Below, in pieces: positions 62,391-64,000 of a DNA stretch of 64,000 nt. The DNA is taken from the NCBI RefSeq assembly GCF_964355755.1, contig NC_092675.1, positions 8,489,812 to 8,553,811 of the forward strand. Reading direction: 5' to 3'. A model generated the notes under the pieces. That model did not search any database and had not been told where the DNA came from. It saw only the letters and a list, made by a program, of their open reading frames with translations. The stretch's first letter is position 1. Every line of letters begins with the position of its first letter. The position numbers and the translations under genes are program-made. The DNA is from Antedon mediterranea. Its lineage: Eukaryota; Animalia; Echinodermata.

Positions 62391-64000
62391 GCACCGGGGA
62401 CGAATTCATTTTAGATGTGAATGCGTCAGACCTGGCGTTAAGGGGAGAGCTAATACAAATAATTGCCTATGCTAGCACCCATCTCATGGGGAAGCAGCGC
62501 AATTACTGTACGACCTGCAAAGAATTACTAGCGGTGGTGTTTCTAACGAGGCATTTTCTCCCCTAGACCTTTCCAGGTTAGAACAGACCATAGCAGTCTG
62601 GTCTGGTTATTGTCCTTCAAAAACCCCACAAGGGCAATTAGCCCGGTGGATAGAGGAACTCAGCCTCTATAATCTTGTCTTGGAACATCGTACGGGGGTA
62701 CTCCATGGGAATGCGGATGCGTTATCCTGTCAGGCCAAACCGGTTCACCACTTTGATCAGGAAGTTGACCCCGGGGATTTGCCATGCGGGGGATGCTCTT
62801 ATTGCATGTTTCGGGAGGAGGTAGATGACGTGGTCCCTATTTCACAAATCTGGCAGATAGAACCCGACCCTAATGAGGAGGGGTTCGTGGACCCAGGTGG
62901 GGTCATACGGGGCCTTCGTGCTGTGCCATTAACTTGGTTAAAAAAGACGGCCGTCCGCTATACAACCCGATGGCCGGGTGTCCATGTGTTGGGGATACCC
63001 CTGTAAAGAGCTTGAGCAATTTCAGGCTAAGGATCTCGACTTAGTGGCTATCAGGGGATGGCTAGAATTGGGGGAACCCCCATAAGGGGAATTATTTAGC
63101 TCCAGTTTGGCGACTAAACACCTGTGGCTAAATCCGCATTGGTTACGTATCGGGGAGGATCGGCTCCTTTACAATTTTATGGAGGACATGTGGGAGGGGG
63201 GAAGAGCGGCTAATTTTGCTACATGAACTGCATGCCTAGGCTTCATCACGACATCCCATCGTCCGGGCACCATGGAATGTCGTGCACCAAACTACGACTC
63301 CAGGCCAAGTTTTTTTGGTATGGTATGGGGAGAGATGTGGAATGCTACATACAAAAAGACTACACATAAGGGCAGGTCTCTGTTAATTGCGTTTCGCTCA
63401 GGGTGCCAATGGAGCGGGTCCACGTTGATTTCCTGGGACCATTACCTAAGTCGGAGGCGGGTAACATTCAGATCCTGATAATGGTGGATCAATTCTCAAA
63501 ATGTGTGGAAAGTAGCCTGTTACTTTCACAGACCGCAGAGGTGACTGCCAGGGCCTTAGTGGGTAACTTTTTTAGTCGGTTTGGGGTCCCGTTCGAGGTT
63601 CATTCGGACTGTGGCGATTCAAGATAAATTCAAGGCCGTAATTTTGAAAGCGAACTTTTTGAGTGTCTCTGTAAAGTCCTCCAAATTCATAACCCGGATG
63701 ACCATATGTTGATGTTGGGGCAGGAAGTGAACCTTCCGGCTGATTTCATGTGGGGAGTTGCAGGGAGACGGTCCAGATCCGGCGGTGGTGGGGTTGTGTC
63801 CTCCATGGAAAGGACTGGCAGTTATCGTGGGGTCCTTACTCCATCACTGTGTTTCGGATGCAGTTGCGAAACAAGGTCATAGTGCTGAATCACAATAAAC
63901 TGAAGCCTTGCAGGAACACGTTTACCCAAGTGGCTTCAGACCTTGTTTTTGCTAGCAGCAATGGGGTGGGGCTTTTATGATCCAGTGTGATTATTGTGAC
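62391..64000 (+). mobile_element. Decayed Ty3/Gypsy LTR retrotransposon pol fragment (RNase H + integrase)
   Basis: EFILDVNASD..IIAYAS..QRNYCTTCKELLAVV..RTDHSSLVWL..GQLARWIEELS..HRTGVLHGNADALS (RNase H); HHDIPSSGHHG; PMERVHVDFLGPLP..ILIMVDQFSK..FGVPFEVHSD..QGRNFESELF (integrase). Many frameshifts and deletions; no LTR seen. Confidence 0.92.

Overview
AT-rich, intron-rich animal genomic DNA, probably a marine invertebrate (organism not identifiable from sequence alone). About 41.5 kb on the minus strand is one large gene. I traced 55 GT-AG exons (36622 down to 141, 10,295 nt, phases consistent overall) encoding about 32 cadherin (EC) repeats with CDH23-diagnostic motifs; the transmembrane and cytoplasmic part lies beyond the left edge. 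I found no separate signal-peptide exon. Instead, three upstream exons (41654-39972) encode a signal peptide plus three Notch-type EGF repeats and end on a phase-1 donor that fits the phase-1 acceptor of EC1. This predicts an unusual SP-EGF3-EC32 CDH23-like protein with an RKRR furin-type site in the penultimate EC. Next is a SERINC5-like gene (minus, 59350-49293, first exon not found), then a decayed FLYWCH/MULE transposase abutting a decayed Gypsy pol (plus, 61-64 kb). Introns hold Helentron-type (HINE/DINE-like) elements, piggyBac/Kolobok/hAT/Tc/Harbinger-like MITEs, tRNA-SINEs, an L2 LINE end and tandem repeats, one of which multiplies a splice donor six times. Family assignments and orthology come from recalled motifs, not database searches.
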